Virus record (IMG/VR): IMGVR_UViG_3300046739_000203
Span: 1 to 43,947 of that record
Reading direction: 5' to 3' (one strand)
DNA from: a virus
Taxonomy: Duplodnaviria > Caudoviricetes
Length of the DNA stretch: 43,947 nucleotides
The notes beneath the pieces are model-generated. The model was not told where the DNA came from, did no database searches, and was given only the letters and a program-made list of their open reading frames with translations. Below, piece after piece: positions 26,905-35,714 of this stretch; the first letter of the stretch is position 1, and every line of letters starts with the position of its first letter. Position numbers and translations under genes: made by a program.

Positions 26905-27282
26905 CTAGTCTACTCGAACTCGAAAATGGGCGTGTGGTGCAGTGGACTCCAGCACTTTACGCTGGTACGCCTCTCCTTTCAAATCGATCACCACTTGCTT
27001 GTAGCGCGGTCGGCGAATGAGACGCACTCCGTACTGGACCTTGTAGATTCCCTGTTGGATGCGAGCACCGTGGAGAATCAAGTCCTGGATCTGCGCATAG
27101 GCGTGGAGGTATTTCTGCCGAACCGCGTGAAATTCTTCTTCGAGCTTGTAGAAGTTTCGGAGCTTTTGTTGGTTGACGCTTTCGCCGCTGGTTCCTTCGA
27201 GGGCGACCGCGATTTCGTTTTCCGGAGGCAACATCTTGGCCGTCACGGGTACCTTTTCTTTCCTCTGTCTTGGCTTTGCCAT
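26905..27282 (-). CDS. Hypothetical basic protein (MAKPRQRKEK...)
   Basis: ORF trimmed to ATG 27282 behind GAGG. Confidence 0.7.
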   Translation of the reverse strand: MAKPRQRKEKVPVTAKMLPPENEIAVALEGTSGESVNQQKLRNFYKLEEEFHAVRQKYLHAYAQIQDLILHGARIQQGIYKVQYGVRLIRRPRYKQVVIDLKGEAYQRKVLESTAPHAHFRVRVD

Positions 27283-27359
27283 AGGGGCACCTCGCGGAAA
27301 ATGTATACGAAGTAGATGGGTATTGTCTATACTCAGCTGGTTCGCATGGCAGGGAATGG

Positions 27360-27539
27360 GTGAGAAAGCAGGGACAATTGAAGCTGACGGAAATCGAGCG
27401 AGCACTGTTTCAAAAACTCGGTCGTCGTGGTGGCAAGAAGCGCACAGCGAATATGACGCCGGAGGAAAGATCCAAAGCGGCGCGTAAAGCGGTCAATGCC
27501 AGATGGGCAAAAAGAGGATCGAAAAACAAGGCAGCATAG
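27360..27539 (+). CDS. 59-aa basic protein of the LGRxGG...TPEERS..ARKA..ARW type (probably nucleic-acid binding)
   Basis: Manual translation: VRKQGQLKLTEIERALFQKLGRRGGKKRTANMTPEERSKAARKAVNARWAKRGSKNKAA. Confidence 0.75.
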   Translation: MRKQGQLKLTEIERALFQKLGRRGGKKRTANMTPEERSKAARKAVNARWAKRGSKNKAA

Positions 27540-27550
27540 CGGGGAGGGCG

Positions 27551-27772
27551 GTGTTCTTCACCCGCGAGCAGATCCCAGGCGCGATGGCCAACGGGACGGT
27601 CGTGGAGAAGTGTATGTCCGAGCCTGGCGACACGCATCGCGACGGGGATCGTGCCACGATACTGGGCAGCTTTGGTGACGTGTCGGATCAATACGGGTAC
27701 TTCGTGGAGTGGGAGAGCCACCCCGGAGTACCCGTTTTTGTTACGCATTTTCGCGTGCGGCCTGTGGAGTAG
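27551..27772 (+). CDS. Small beta-rich hypothetical protein
   Basis: GTG 27551 behind GGGGAGGG. Confidence 0.65.
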   Translation: MFFTREQIPGAMANGTVVEKCMSEPGDTHRDGDRATILGSFGDVSDQYGYFVEWESHPGVPVFVTHFRVRPVE

Positions 27773-27774
27773 CA

Positions 27775-27933
27775 ATGGAACGCTGTTGTATTCATCAAAT
27801 CGCCATCATCGGAATCGTCACTGGCTTTGAACCTGCGGAGGAAGGCGACGTGTTCGTGTGCGCCCAATGCGCCGCACGCTATGTTCTGACGAACGGGAAA
27901 TGGAGGCGCGATGAAGAAACAGGAACTCGGTGA
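27775..27933 (+). CDS. Zn-ribbon microprotein (CC...CAQC)
   Basis: ATG 27775 behind GGAG. Confidence 0.6.
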   Translation: MERCCIHQIAIIGIVTGFEPAEEGDVFVCAQCAARYVLTNGKWRRDEETGTR

Positions 27934-28411
27934 ATTCTTGAAGGGTCTGGCGCAGGCCGCGATGGAGGAAATGATCCAAGACGGCGGCTCCTATCCGCAA
28001 CGCGCTGTCGTGAAAAACCTCAAGGGCGATATCCATTGCGTGGTCATGCCTGGGGAGCCGCTGCACGGCCACGTCATGGCGACGATGCTCCGATTGTTTG
28101 CCGAGCACGTCGGTGGTGCCGATGTGATCGCAGTGGCTTCGGATGCGCGGCTGAACGCCACGACCCGAGAGGAGTGGAGCAGGAGGCCCGAGGGTTATTC
28201 GATTGCGAAAGACGAGTCGAACCCCGAGTGCCTGATTGTGTCGGGCCGGACGCAGGGGCACAGCGCGTTGATTATGAATCCGTACACGCGGACCAAACAC
28301 GACGGCAAAAAGGACACCATCACGTTCGAACATGCCGAGCCGACAATCGAGGACCGCATGGCGAAACTGAACCTCGTGATGATTCCCAACGTATGGGAGA
28401 CGGTGCATTGA
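27911..28411 (+). CDS. Hypothetical protein
   Basis: ORF track; GGAGG SD. Confidence 0.75.
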   Translation: MKKQELGEFLKGLAQAAMEEMIQDGGSYPQRAVVKNLKGDIHCVVMPGEPLHGHVMATMLRLFAEHVGGADVIAVASDARLNATTREEWSRRPEGYSIAKDESNPECLIVSGRTQGHSALIMNPYTRTKHDGKKDTITFEHAEPTIEDRMAKLNLVMIPNVWETVH

Positions 28412-28788
28412 GCAAGTGCTACCGCATGGATGGGAGCCTCTACGACGGCGACGATCCGCTGCTGGATTGGGCGCGCGATCTGGAGGACCGTCGCGGTCGC
28501 ATCATCGGACAGGACGCGCTCTGGAACGGACTCTGGATATCCACGGTGTGGCTGGGCCTGGATCATTCCTTCGGTCATGGGCCACCGTTGATTTTCGAGA
28601 CGATGGTGTTCGATCACTTGAATGGCGGCAGCGGCGTGGATCTGGACCAGCAGCGATACTCGACGCTCGCCCAGGCCGAGCGCGGCCACCGCGACATGAT
28701 GCGGGAGTACTCGCGTTTCTGGCCGACCGTGCGGCGGTGGCTTGCCGATGCAATGAAAGTCGAAGACGATCTATGGTGGGAGGATTGA
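28408..28788 (+). CDS. Conserved phage hypothetical protein (STVWLGLDH...PPLIFETMVF)
   Basis: Recognisable phage-protein motif; TTGA coupling. Confidence 0.75.
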   Translation: MSKCYRMDGSLYDGDDPLLDWARDLEDRRGRIIGQDALWNGLWISTVWLGLDHSFGHGPPLIFETMVFDHLNGGSGVDLDQQRYSTLAQAERGHRDMMREYSRFWPTVRRWLADAMKVEDDLWWED

Positions 28789-29147
28789 TGCGGATCTGGA
28801 TTGCGCAATGCTTGTGTCCGTCGCGGCACTGCCTGATGGCATCGGTGTCGAGGGATGAATCCTCCGGCCCCGAGGAAGCGATGCAGAAGGTGCGTGCCGG
28901 GGTTCGGGCTGGACTCAACGGTGGCGATTACAAGCTGGGCGCACCGCCAATGAACCCGTGGTGCGGCCTCTGTGGCGCAACCAACGATACCTGGATATTC
29001 GAAGTCCGACGCTCGAAGGAATTCGCCACGCCGGAAGCAGCTGTGGCTGAGATCGCGGATCTGGTGCAGAAGCAGGTGGAATCCAAGCGCATCTTGGACG
29101 AGCTTGGATTTTCCTACGACGCGCAGCACAAGAGGAAGCCGAATTGA
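28788..29147 (+). CDS. Cys-containing hypothetical protein (QCLCP.RHC...NPWCGLCGA)
   Basis: TGATG coupling; GGAGG SD. Confidence 0.7.
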   Translation: MRIWIAQCLCPSRHCLMASVSRDESSGPEEAMQKVRAGVRAGLNGGDYKLGAPPMNPWCGLCGATNDTWIFEVRRSKEFATPEAAVAEIADLVQKQVESKRILDELGFSYDAQHKRKPN

Positions 29148-29659
29148 AAGACCAATCCTGCAATGGCGTCACGATCCCATCACGGATGCGGCGGCTCCCG
29201 CGTTTCATGGGAATGCCGATTCCGTACTCGACCTGGATACACCCGGAGACCCACGTTCCAGATTTCAAGACCAACGACGAACACAAGCGCAGGCGGTGTG
29301 TGGTCCGGCGATTGTGTGCCATGTGCGGCGAGCGGATGAACCAGAAGATCGCGTTCATTGGTGGACCCGGATCGATTGAGGACGGCCAGCATTTCATGGA
29401 TGCCGGGATGCACCCCTCCTGCGCGGAGTTCGCATGGCTGGTGTGTCCCTACATCGTGATGGGACGCGGCCATGCCAAGACACACAAGATCGATCCGCGT
29501 GCGGCAGTGGAAGTGTTTCGCAATATTCCGACCGAACCGCCCGAACGCATGGGCATGATGATTACCACCGACTACGAAATCGTGGACCATCCCAGCGGCC
29601 CCATCGTCCGCGCTGGCGCTCCAGAGTCGGTGGTGTGGCGCATATTCGAAAGGAAATGA
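29144..29659 (+). CDS. Phage hypothetical protein (RLCxxCG...FIGGP...HxxCA...CP)
   Basis: ORF track; conserved-looking Cys/His motif. Confidence 0.75.
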   Translation: MKDQSCNGVTIPSRMRRLPRFMGMPIPYSTWIHPETHVPDFKTNDEHKRRRCVVRRLCAMCGERMNQKIAFIGGPGSIEDGQHFMDAGMHPSCAEFAWLVCPYIVMGRGHAKTHKIDPRAAVEVFRNIPTEPPERMGMMITTDYEIVDHPSGPIVRAGAPESVVWRIFERK

Positions 29660-30147
29660 GCGTGGAACCCGACCTGCCTACCTCTACAGGTACACAAGAC
29701 CGCTTTGTATGTGGAGAATGTGGCGGCACGAATTTTCTCGAAGGTCCGCATGGGGGCCTCGCGGTGAACTTCTGCTGCGGGGATTGCTGGGCCAGGTACA
29801 ACGACACGATTTTCAGCATCGACCGGCATGGATGGGTCGATGACAGCGAACGGGAATGCTTCAGGAAGACCGACTGGTTCCCGATTTCGCGACACTACGA
29901 AAAGCACGGGGGAACAGAATCCATGACACCGACGTTCGCAATCCGAATTGAAGTCACCGCAGGCACGGTTGAACACAAAACCACGCGGGAATACACCAAG
30001 TCCTGGGAAGTCAGCATCGAGGAGTGGGATTCCGCAGACCGCGAGAAATTCGTCTTGAGGGCCACCAACACGGCGTTTGGATATGCGAAGTCCCTGCGAC
30101 GTGAGGGAGCCACCTGGGTGAACGTACAGTGGCAGTGCACGCGATGA
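29656..30147 (+). CDS. Zn-ribbon hypothetical protein (possibly a fusion; internal ATG at 29923)
   Basis: ATGA coupling; CGECGG...EGPHGG...CGDC. Confidence 0.6.
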   Translation: MSVEPDLPTSTGTQDRFVCGECGGTNFLEGPHGGLAVNFCCGDCWARYNDTIFSIDRHGWVDDSERECFRKTDWFPISRHYEKHGGTESMTPTFAIRIEVTAGTVEHKTTREYTKSWEVSIEEWDSADREKFVLRATNTAFGYAKSLRREGATWVNVQWQCTR

Positions 30148-30407
30148 ATGACCACATCCCAACGTGTGCGGAACTGAATCGCCGCCCGTGCTGGAACGGA
30201 TTCATCGAGCGCGGATCGTTGCTGCATCAGTGGTCTGGGTGGCCGGGAGCGCACTGCCTGGTGTGTTTCTGCGAAGACCCTTGCGAGATTTGCCTGGCCG
30301 ACAACTGCATGTGCCATTGCCACAACGATTTGTGGGATGCGCTAGAGAAATATTCCGCCAACGATGCCGCATTGAGTATCGGAACCGATCCATTCGAAGA
30401 TTTGTGA
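30144..30407 (+). CDS. Cys-rich hypothetical protein (H.WSGWPGA.CLxC)
   Basis: ATGA coupling; multiple Cys. Confidence 0.7.
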   Translation: MNDHIPTCAELNRRPCWNGFIERGSLLHQWSGWPGAHCLVCFCEDPCEICLADNCMCHCHNDLWDALEKYSANDAALSIGTDPFEDL

Positions 30408-30686
30408 TTCCCGCAAAACCACGCCAGTCGCGGTGTTGCGACGAACCTGCCAGATAGAAACAAAATAATCATTGTATCGCCGAATTTTGTTTTGTAGCGT
30501 GCCATACATCTTGAAAGATGACCGCGATGCTTTCTCGGCTGCGCCCATTTTGCTGCTGGCGCTTTTCAGCATCTAGCTATCTGACGCGACAAGCCACCGT
30601 TTCAAGAACACACACAACATAGGTATTTTTTCCGCGAAAGTGGGGAAGTTTTGGCCGTGAAAGCGACCAGAAAACGGAGGCTCGCG
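30408..30686. promoter_or_regulatory. AT-richer control region upstream of the Cro-like gene, with inverted repeats
   Basis: AAACAAAAT/ATTTTGTTT (30458-30492) and CATCTT/AAGATG (30507-30520). Confidence 0.5.
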
Positions 30687-30941
30687 ATGGATGTATCCAT
30701 CCGTTTCAATACTGCCCGTGCGTTGGCAGAGTGTACCGAACGCCGATGGAGCTTGGCGATGTGGGCCGACCGCGCACGGTGTAGTCCACCGACACTGCGT
30801 GCGTTTCTCAATGGCGATCCGAAACTGAAGAACTCGACGGTGGACCAGATCCTGTTGCCGTTGGGACTGTGCGCGCTCGACATCGTGATTCTTCCGCAAC
30901 CCAGGGTTTTGAATCCGGAACCCGTACTGGTGGGTGAATAG
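30687..30941 (+). CDS. Cro/XRE-like HTH transcriptional regulator
   Basis: WSLAMWADRARCSPPTLRAFLNG...STVDQI..LGL XRE pattern; GGAGG SD. Confidence 0.7.
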   Translation: MDVSIRFNTARALAECTERRWSLAMWADRARCSPPTLRAFLNGDPKLKNSTVDQILLPLGLCALDIVILPQPRVLNPEPVLVGE

Positions 30942-30943
30942 CG

Positions 30944-31162
30944 ATGGCGGAATTCGCAACACGCGCCGACTGGCTCCGCATCGTCCGCAGCAAACTCACC
31001 ATCCTGGGAGGCTGCGTCCACGCGATAGAAAACGATACCCGCAACTGCGCCGACACGCGCGCCAAGGCCAGGTTGATGCAGCGCGAAATCGATGAACTCA
31101 TTGCGATGGCCTACCGCGTCCGGCAGGTCGAACCCACCAACGAAGAGGAGATCCCGTTTTGA
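30944..31162 (+). CDS. Hypothetical protein ending EEEIPF
   Basis: ORF track; SSB-like acidic-IPF tail. Confidence 0.65.
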   Translation: MAEFATRADWLRIVRSKLTILGGCVHAIENDTRNCADTRAKARLMQREIDELIAMAYRVRQVEPTNEEEIPF

Positions 31163-31929
31163 AAACATCACCAACAATTGCCCAGTTGGCCGAAGCGTTG
31201 TCGCTCGCGCAGGGTGAAATGGAAGCGGCGCGCAAGGACAGCGACAATCCATTTTTCCATTCGAAGTACGCCGACCTGGCATCGGTCTGGGATGCGTGCC
31301 GTGGCCCGCTGGCCCGGCATGGCCTCTCGGTGGTGCAGATGCCGGAAACAAATCCCGACATTGCTGGCGTCATCATCACCACGAGGCTGATGCACCTCTC
31401 CGGGGAATTCCTCGAATCCGAATTGCGCATGAACCCGAAGGTGGACGATCCCCAGGGTGTGGGTTCCGCGATCACCTACGGACGACGCTATGCGCTGGCC
31501 GCAGCGGTGGGCATTGCGCCCGAGGACGACGACGCGAACGCCGCATCCGGGAAGAAACCCGAGGCTGTCACCGGCAAGGCCATCACCATCACGAAGCCGA
31601 AGCCTGCATCCACCGCCCCGGCTGCAACACCGGCACCGCCCAGCACTGCTGCGCCGACGCCTGTGCCGCCCGAGGCCGTGGCTCCAATTCCGGAAGTGGT
31701 GGAATACATCGGTCGCGGCGAGCAGGTGAACTTCGCGACGTTGTTCCGCGAATCGCTGCCGAAGAAGTTCGAGCGCGATGCCGAAGAACTGCGGCACGAG
31801 TGGCTGGTGACGCACAAGTTCATCGACGCCGATGGCAACCCGTCGAGCAAGATGATCCCGAAAAAGGACTACGTCGTGTTTCGGCAGATGGCACAGAAGT
31901 GGGCCAAGGAATACACCGATGCGCAGTGA
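31159..31929 (+). CDS. erf: ERF family single-strand annealing protein
   Basis: NPFFHSKYADL, HLSGE, PQGVGSAITYGRRYAL and EDDDAN motifs. Confidence 0.92.
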   Translation: MKTSPTIAQLAEALSLAQGEMEAARKDSDNPFFHSKYADLASVWDACRGPLARHGLSVVQMPETNPDIAGVIITTRLMHLSGEFLESELRMNPKVDDPQGVGSAITYGRRYALAAAVGIAPEDDDANAASGKKPEAVTGKAITITKPKPASTAPAATPAPPSTAAPTPVPPEAVAPIPEVVEYIGRGEQVNFATLFRESLPKKFERDAEELRHEWLVTHKFIDADGNPSSKMIPKKDYVVFRQMAQKWAKEYTDAQ

Positions 31930-32179
31930 ACTGCTTTGCCCGCATTGCCAGCTGCCGTTGCGGATCATTGCGGTTTCCGGCGCTGATGCCGACCGCGCCG
32001 ACCGCGCCGACGTGGGCGACCTCGGCGAATTGCTGTTGCAGATCCATGACGAGAACCTGGAGGACGGCTGGGAGATAAAGTTCATCCGGGAGACCCGCGA
32101 GCGGTTTGCCGAATGGGGCGGCAAGATTCGTATGAGCGAGAAGCAGATGGGCATCGTTCGGAGAATCGCCAACCGATGA
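31919..32179 (+). CDS. Hypothetical protein (CPHC; WE..F...SEKQ)
   Basis: ORF track. Confidence 0.65.
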   Translation: MRSELLCPHCQLPLRIIAVSGADADRADRADVGDLGELLLQIHDENLEDGWEIKFIRETRERFAEWGGKIRMSEKQMGIVRRIANR

Positions 32180-32754
32180 GCATCTGCATATTCGATGAGG
32201 CCACCCACACCTACACTCGCGACGGGGTGCGTCTGCCATCGATCACCGAAGTCATCACGGCGTGTTGGCCGCGAACCGATGGTGCTCCGGAGTCGGCCAT
32301 CGAGCACGCGCGCGAGCGTGGTGTCTGGGTGGATTCCGCGTTCACGGCGTACTTGACCGATGGCACCGTGGAGATTCCGACCGGCACGCCGCAGGAATTT
32401 GCCGACTGCCTGGGGATGGCGATTGATTGGTGGGATGCCGAGCGCGGCGGTGCCAGTGTCGAGTGCCAGGTGCGACTGTTCGGAAACAAAGAGGCCGGGA
32501 GCGCGGATCTGGTGGTGGATGGCCACTCCATCATCGACCTGAAGGCGACGTGGGAGATTTCCAAAACGGTCGGCGCGCAATTGGGCGGCTACTCGACGCT
32601 ACGCGAAGAGATGGGCCAGTACTCCGATCACCTGGCCATCCTGCATGTCCATCGCCGACTGAAGGTCGCAAAGTTCGTGGACATTCATTACGAGGAAGCC
32701 TGTCGCCAATGGCGCGTGATTCGCGATTTCTGGAGGCTCACCCGCGCGGCTTGA
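32176..32754 (+). CDS. PD-(D/E)xK exonuclease-like protein (recombination partner of ERF)
   Basis: FDEATHTY..DG..LPSITE, RG, AG.ADL, IIDLK and QL.GY motifs. Confidence 0.75.
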   Translation: MSICIFDEATHTYTRDGVRLPSITEVITACWPRTDGAPESAIEHARERGVWVDSAFTAYLTDGTVEIPTGTPQEFADCLGMAIDWWDAERGGASVECQVRLFGNKEAGSADLVVDGHSIIDLKATWEISKTVGAQLGGYSTLREEMGQYSDHLAILHVHRRLKVAKFVDIHYEEACRQWRVIRDFWRLTRAA

Positions 32755-32770
32755 CCGCATTGGAGGTTCG

Positions 32771-33028
32771 ATGGCGCAACCACAAAAGGCGCGAAACAAA
32801 ACGGCCCCCGCATCGGCGGGTTCTCGCAAACAGAAGATCGCGGCCTACTACGAGGGGCGATATCCGGAAAAGAAACTACGGCGGATGTTTCGCACAGGAC
32901 ACTCCATCGCCGCGCTTCGCATCTGGGCCGACCGCTACAAGACCCCCAGCGGGTCATCCGGCAATGGCGCGCTCATCAAAATTGGGAAGGTCTTGAAACT
33001 CAATCTCTCGCAGGGATCGGGTACGTAG
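32771..33028 (+). CDS. Small basic hypothetical protein
   Basis: GGAGG SD. Confidence 0.65.
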   Translation: MAQPQKARNKTAPASAGSRKQKIAAYYEGRYPEKKLRRMFRTGHSIAALRIWADRYKTPSGSSGNGALIKIGKVLKLNLSQGSGT

Positions 33029-33053
33029 CAACAACAACAAAACGGAGGCACAC

Positions 33054-33467
33054 ATGAAAAGCATTTTCGATGGATGGAAACGGAAGATCGATATGAACCT
33101 GCTCGACGGCCAGGGCGGTTTCTGCGCCCGAGGGTGGATCAGGCATCACTATGGCGCGCCGCAAGCTGCCTGGACTCCGGACCAAACCAACCAGGTGGGC
33201 GCGGCAGAGGCGCGGATCGGTCGTTGGATCATTGCGAACATGGACGTGCCGCAGGTCTACCGCGAGATGCCCGGCGCGGCCATCGCCTGGGCGAATAACA
33301 CCCACGCGCTCGACATCGAGGGGTTCCGCATGGTGGATCTGCTGACGCAGGGCCATGTGCCGGAGCCACCCGAGGACCTGCCCGAAATCACGGAGCCGGA
33401 AATGCCAGAACAGGAACAACCCGCCATCGGCGAGCCGCCCGAAATTCTGGAGCCAGCTGCGGCGTGA
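33054..33467 (+). CDS. Hypothetical protein with P/E-rich tail
   Basis: GGAGG SD after a CA-rich leader. Confidence 0.7.
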   Translation: MKSIFDGWKRKIDMNLLDGQGGFCARGWIRHHYGAPQAAWTPDQTNQVGAAEARIGRWIIANMDVPQVYREMPGAAIAWANNTHALDIEGFRMVDLLTQGHVPEPPEDLPEITEPEMPEQEQPAIGEPPEILEPAAA

Positions 33468-33772
33468 AAGTCGCCAAGGCCCCCAAGGAATGGATCGTGA
33501 ACTGGTACTGCCGCAAGTGTTGGCAAGAGGGCAGCGTCACGTTCCAGGGCGATACGCCGCCATTGGGCTGGCCGGACCCGGCGCAGATGCCTGCCGTGGT
33601 CAAGCAACACAAAGACATCCTGCGCGGCTTCATTCACCACGGGAAGTGTGGCGGGGACATCCACCCGCAGCAATCCAAAAGCGTGATGAGGCGCATACGG
33701 GTGATGAAACCACCGGCCCTGCCCGACAACGGCGAGCCGGTGATTGTGACCAAACGAGGAACACACACATGA
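33464..33772 (+). CDS. Hypothetical Zn-binding protein (CRKC...H..C)
   Basis: GTGA coupling. Confidence 0.6.
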   Translation: MKVAKAPKEWIVNWYCRKCWQEGSVTFQGDTPPLGWPDPAQMPAVVKQHKDILRGFIHHGKCGGDIHPQQSKSVMRRIRVMKPPALPDNGEPVIVTKRGTHT

Positions 33773-34785
33773 CCGAAACGAAAGAACTCGCAAAGGAGGT
33801 CCACACCGAACGCATTTTCGTGAACGCGGAAATGGCGCGGCGATGGATACGGCTCAACATCGAAAACAATCGACCCATCAACCAACAGCGCGTCATGCAA
33901 TACGCCCGCGATATGCGGACTGGGAAGTGGCACGAGAACGGCGACACGATCAAGTTTGCCGTCGGCGGCGAACTCATCGACGGACAGCACCGCCTGCTGG
34001 CGTGCATCGACTGTGGCATTGGCTTCTGGTCGTTGGTCGCCTATGGCGTGAAGAAGGAAGCGTTCGTCACCATCGACCGCCATCAGGCTCGCACCGTGGG
34101 CCAGGTACTGCACCTGTCTACCGGCATCTCGAACTACGGACACCTTGCCGGGGCGCTGTCGTGGCTCTATCGGTTTCGCGATGGGATCGTTTTGCCGCTG
34201 ACGAGCGCGCGACCGACCTCCGGGGAACTGGCCGAACTTTTCGCCGAGCATCCAGGGATGGCCGAGTCGGTGAAAGTTGCCGTCTCCACCAACACCCGTT
34301 TTCGATTCGGCAGCGTCGGCGCGATGGCGATGTGTCACTACACCTTCTCCCGGCAGGATGCCACATTGTGCGAAGCATTTTTCGATGCGCTCGCCGTGGG
34401 TGCTGGGCTGCGGGAAATCGATCCGGTGTTCCGGCTGCGCGAACGCATCATCGCATCGCAAGCCAAACGTCTGCCGGTGTACGACCTGATTGCGCTCACA
34501 TTCAAAGCCTGGAACGCGGAGAAGGAACAGCGCACGATGGGCGGCGTGTTGCGGTGGCAGGTGGGGGAATCGTTCCCCAATATCGGACCCATCGCGGAAC
34601 GGAAGATGAGGCCGGAACAGAAGGCCGCGCATGTGCCGAAGAAGTCCGCGAGGCTCAAGCCAGGTTCGGCATACAAGGCTGCGCCGACGCCATCACCAGC
34701 GAACGGCAACGGCGTGGTGACCAAGCTCGACCAGTTGCTGGCAAAGGCCACCGCGATGAGCCTGGACCACGCGGCGAGAAAATGA
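33769..34785 (+). CDS. ParB-like N-terminal (DGQHR) domain protein
   Basis: NNRPI...YARDM..GKW..NGDTI.F...LIDGQHRLLA; GAGGA SD. Confidence 0.8.
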   Translation: MTETKELAKEVHTERIFVNAEMARRWIRLNIENNRPINQQRVMQYARDMRTGKWHENGDTIKFAVGGELIDGQHRLLACIDCGIGFWSLVAYGVKKEAFVTIDRHQARTVGQVLHLSTGISNYGHLAGALSWLYRFRDGIVLPLTSARPTSGELAELFAEHPGMAESVKVAVSTNTRFRFGSVGAMAMCHYTFSRQDATLCEAFFDALAVGAGLREIDPVFRLRERIIASQAKRLPVYDLIALTFKAWNAEKEQRTMGGVLRWQVGESFPNIGPIAERKMRPEQKAAHVPKKSARLKPGSAYKAAPTPSPANGNGVVTKLDQLLAKATAMSLDHAARK

Positions 34786-35273
34786 CGTTCGCGGAAATCG
34801 TCGCGATGATCCCCAGCGCACGCATGGCCGGGGAAGGCAGGGCCGTTGCCAAGTGTCCGGCACACGATGACCGCACGGCCAGTCTGTCGCTGCGGGAGGA
34901 GAACGGGAAGGTTCTGGCGCACTGCTTTGCCGGGTGCGGCTTCGCGGCAATCTCGAAGGCCGTCGGCCTGGACGAGCGCGACTGGTTCAGCGATGCGGCG
35001 GCATCGGCAGGATCGCGACCCGCGAAGGTGTACCGGATGCTGGAGCACGACGCCCGTGTTCAGCGGGTGAATGCGTACTGGCGGCGGGTGGATGAACTGG
35101 GAACCGAACTTCGCCGGAGGGATCTGCGGCGGATCATGATCGACCGGCGCGTGGCGGCTGGGAAATTGTCGATGGAAGACGCGATGGAATTGCTGGGACC
35201 GATCTACAAAGGCTACTCGGAACTGGAGGCGGAATGGCAAGGACTGATGGACAGGAAGGAACCGTTGCTGTGA
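34782..35273 (+). CDS. Stand-alone primase-type zinc-binding domain protein
   Basis: CPAHDDR.ASLS...LAHCFAGC; no Toprim or AEP catalytic domain follows. Confidence 0.75.
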   Translation: MTFAEIVAMIPSARMAGEGRAVAKCPAHDDRTASLSLREENGKVLAHCFAGCGFAAISKAVGLDERDWFSDAAASAGSRPAKVYRMLEHDARVQRVNAYWRRVDELGTELRRRDLRRIMIDRRVAAGKLSMEDAMELLGPIYKGYSELEAEWQGLMDRKEPLL

Positions 35274-35602
35274 AAGACATCGCGTCCCTCCCGGATGTGT
35301 TGACGGTGAGGCAGGCGGCGGTATGGCTCGGGATCTCCTACGATGCCGTGCTTGGGTATATTCACAGCGGCGATCTGGTCGGCAGGACACTCCCGCGTCG
35401 GCGCACATATCTCATCGACAAGAGCGACCTGTTGGATTTCTGGGATGCCGCGAAGGGCGGGAAAGTTGGCCACAAAGTTGGCCACTTGCCGGTGGCCAAG
35501 TCGCGAAAAGCCCAAGGAAGTGGTGGTATCGAAAAGCGCGGCGCGAACGGCGAATTCCCAATCAACCCCAACTGGGGCAGGCACTTGCACGTAAATGACT
35601 AA
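35270..35602 (+). CDS. xis: Excisionase-like HTH (HTH_17) protein
   Basis: LPDVLTVRQAAVWLGISYDAV...I.SG.L...YLI.K.DL; adjacent to attP and the integrase. Confidence 0.8.
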   Translation: MKDIASLPDVLTVRQAAVWLGISYDAVLGYIHSGDLVGRTLPRRRTYLIDKSDLLDFWDAAKGGKVGHKVGHLPVAKSRKAQGSGGIEKRGANGEFPINPNWGRHLHVND

Positions 35603-35714
35603 AGGATTCCTAAACCGGAGGTCGAGCGTTCGAGTCGCTCCGGGGCCATTCAGAATCAGCAGGTTACGATTTGCGGTCGGAGAAGTTGGCCACCAAATCG
35701 GTGTTTTTGGCCAC
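35462..35714. repeat. TTGGCCAC repeats flanking the attP core (integrase arm-type sites)
   Basis: Tandem AAAGTTGGCCAC at 35462-35485, inverted copy about 35492-35500, copies at 35683-35693 and 35704-35714. Confidence 0.7.
35604..35648 (+). mobile_element. attP core: 3' half of tRNA-Arg(CCT)
   Basis: Anticodon loop TTCCTAA, variable loop, T-arm GAGCG-TTCGAGT-CGCTC, acceptor 3' strand CGGGGCCA; no 5' half; lies between xis and int. Confidence 0.85.

Noticed and set aside
35604-35648. Second functional tRNA gene
   Set aside because: No acceptor 5' strand or D-arm upstream; it is a half-tRNA typical of an attP.
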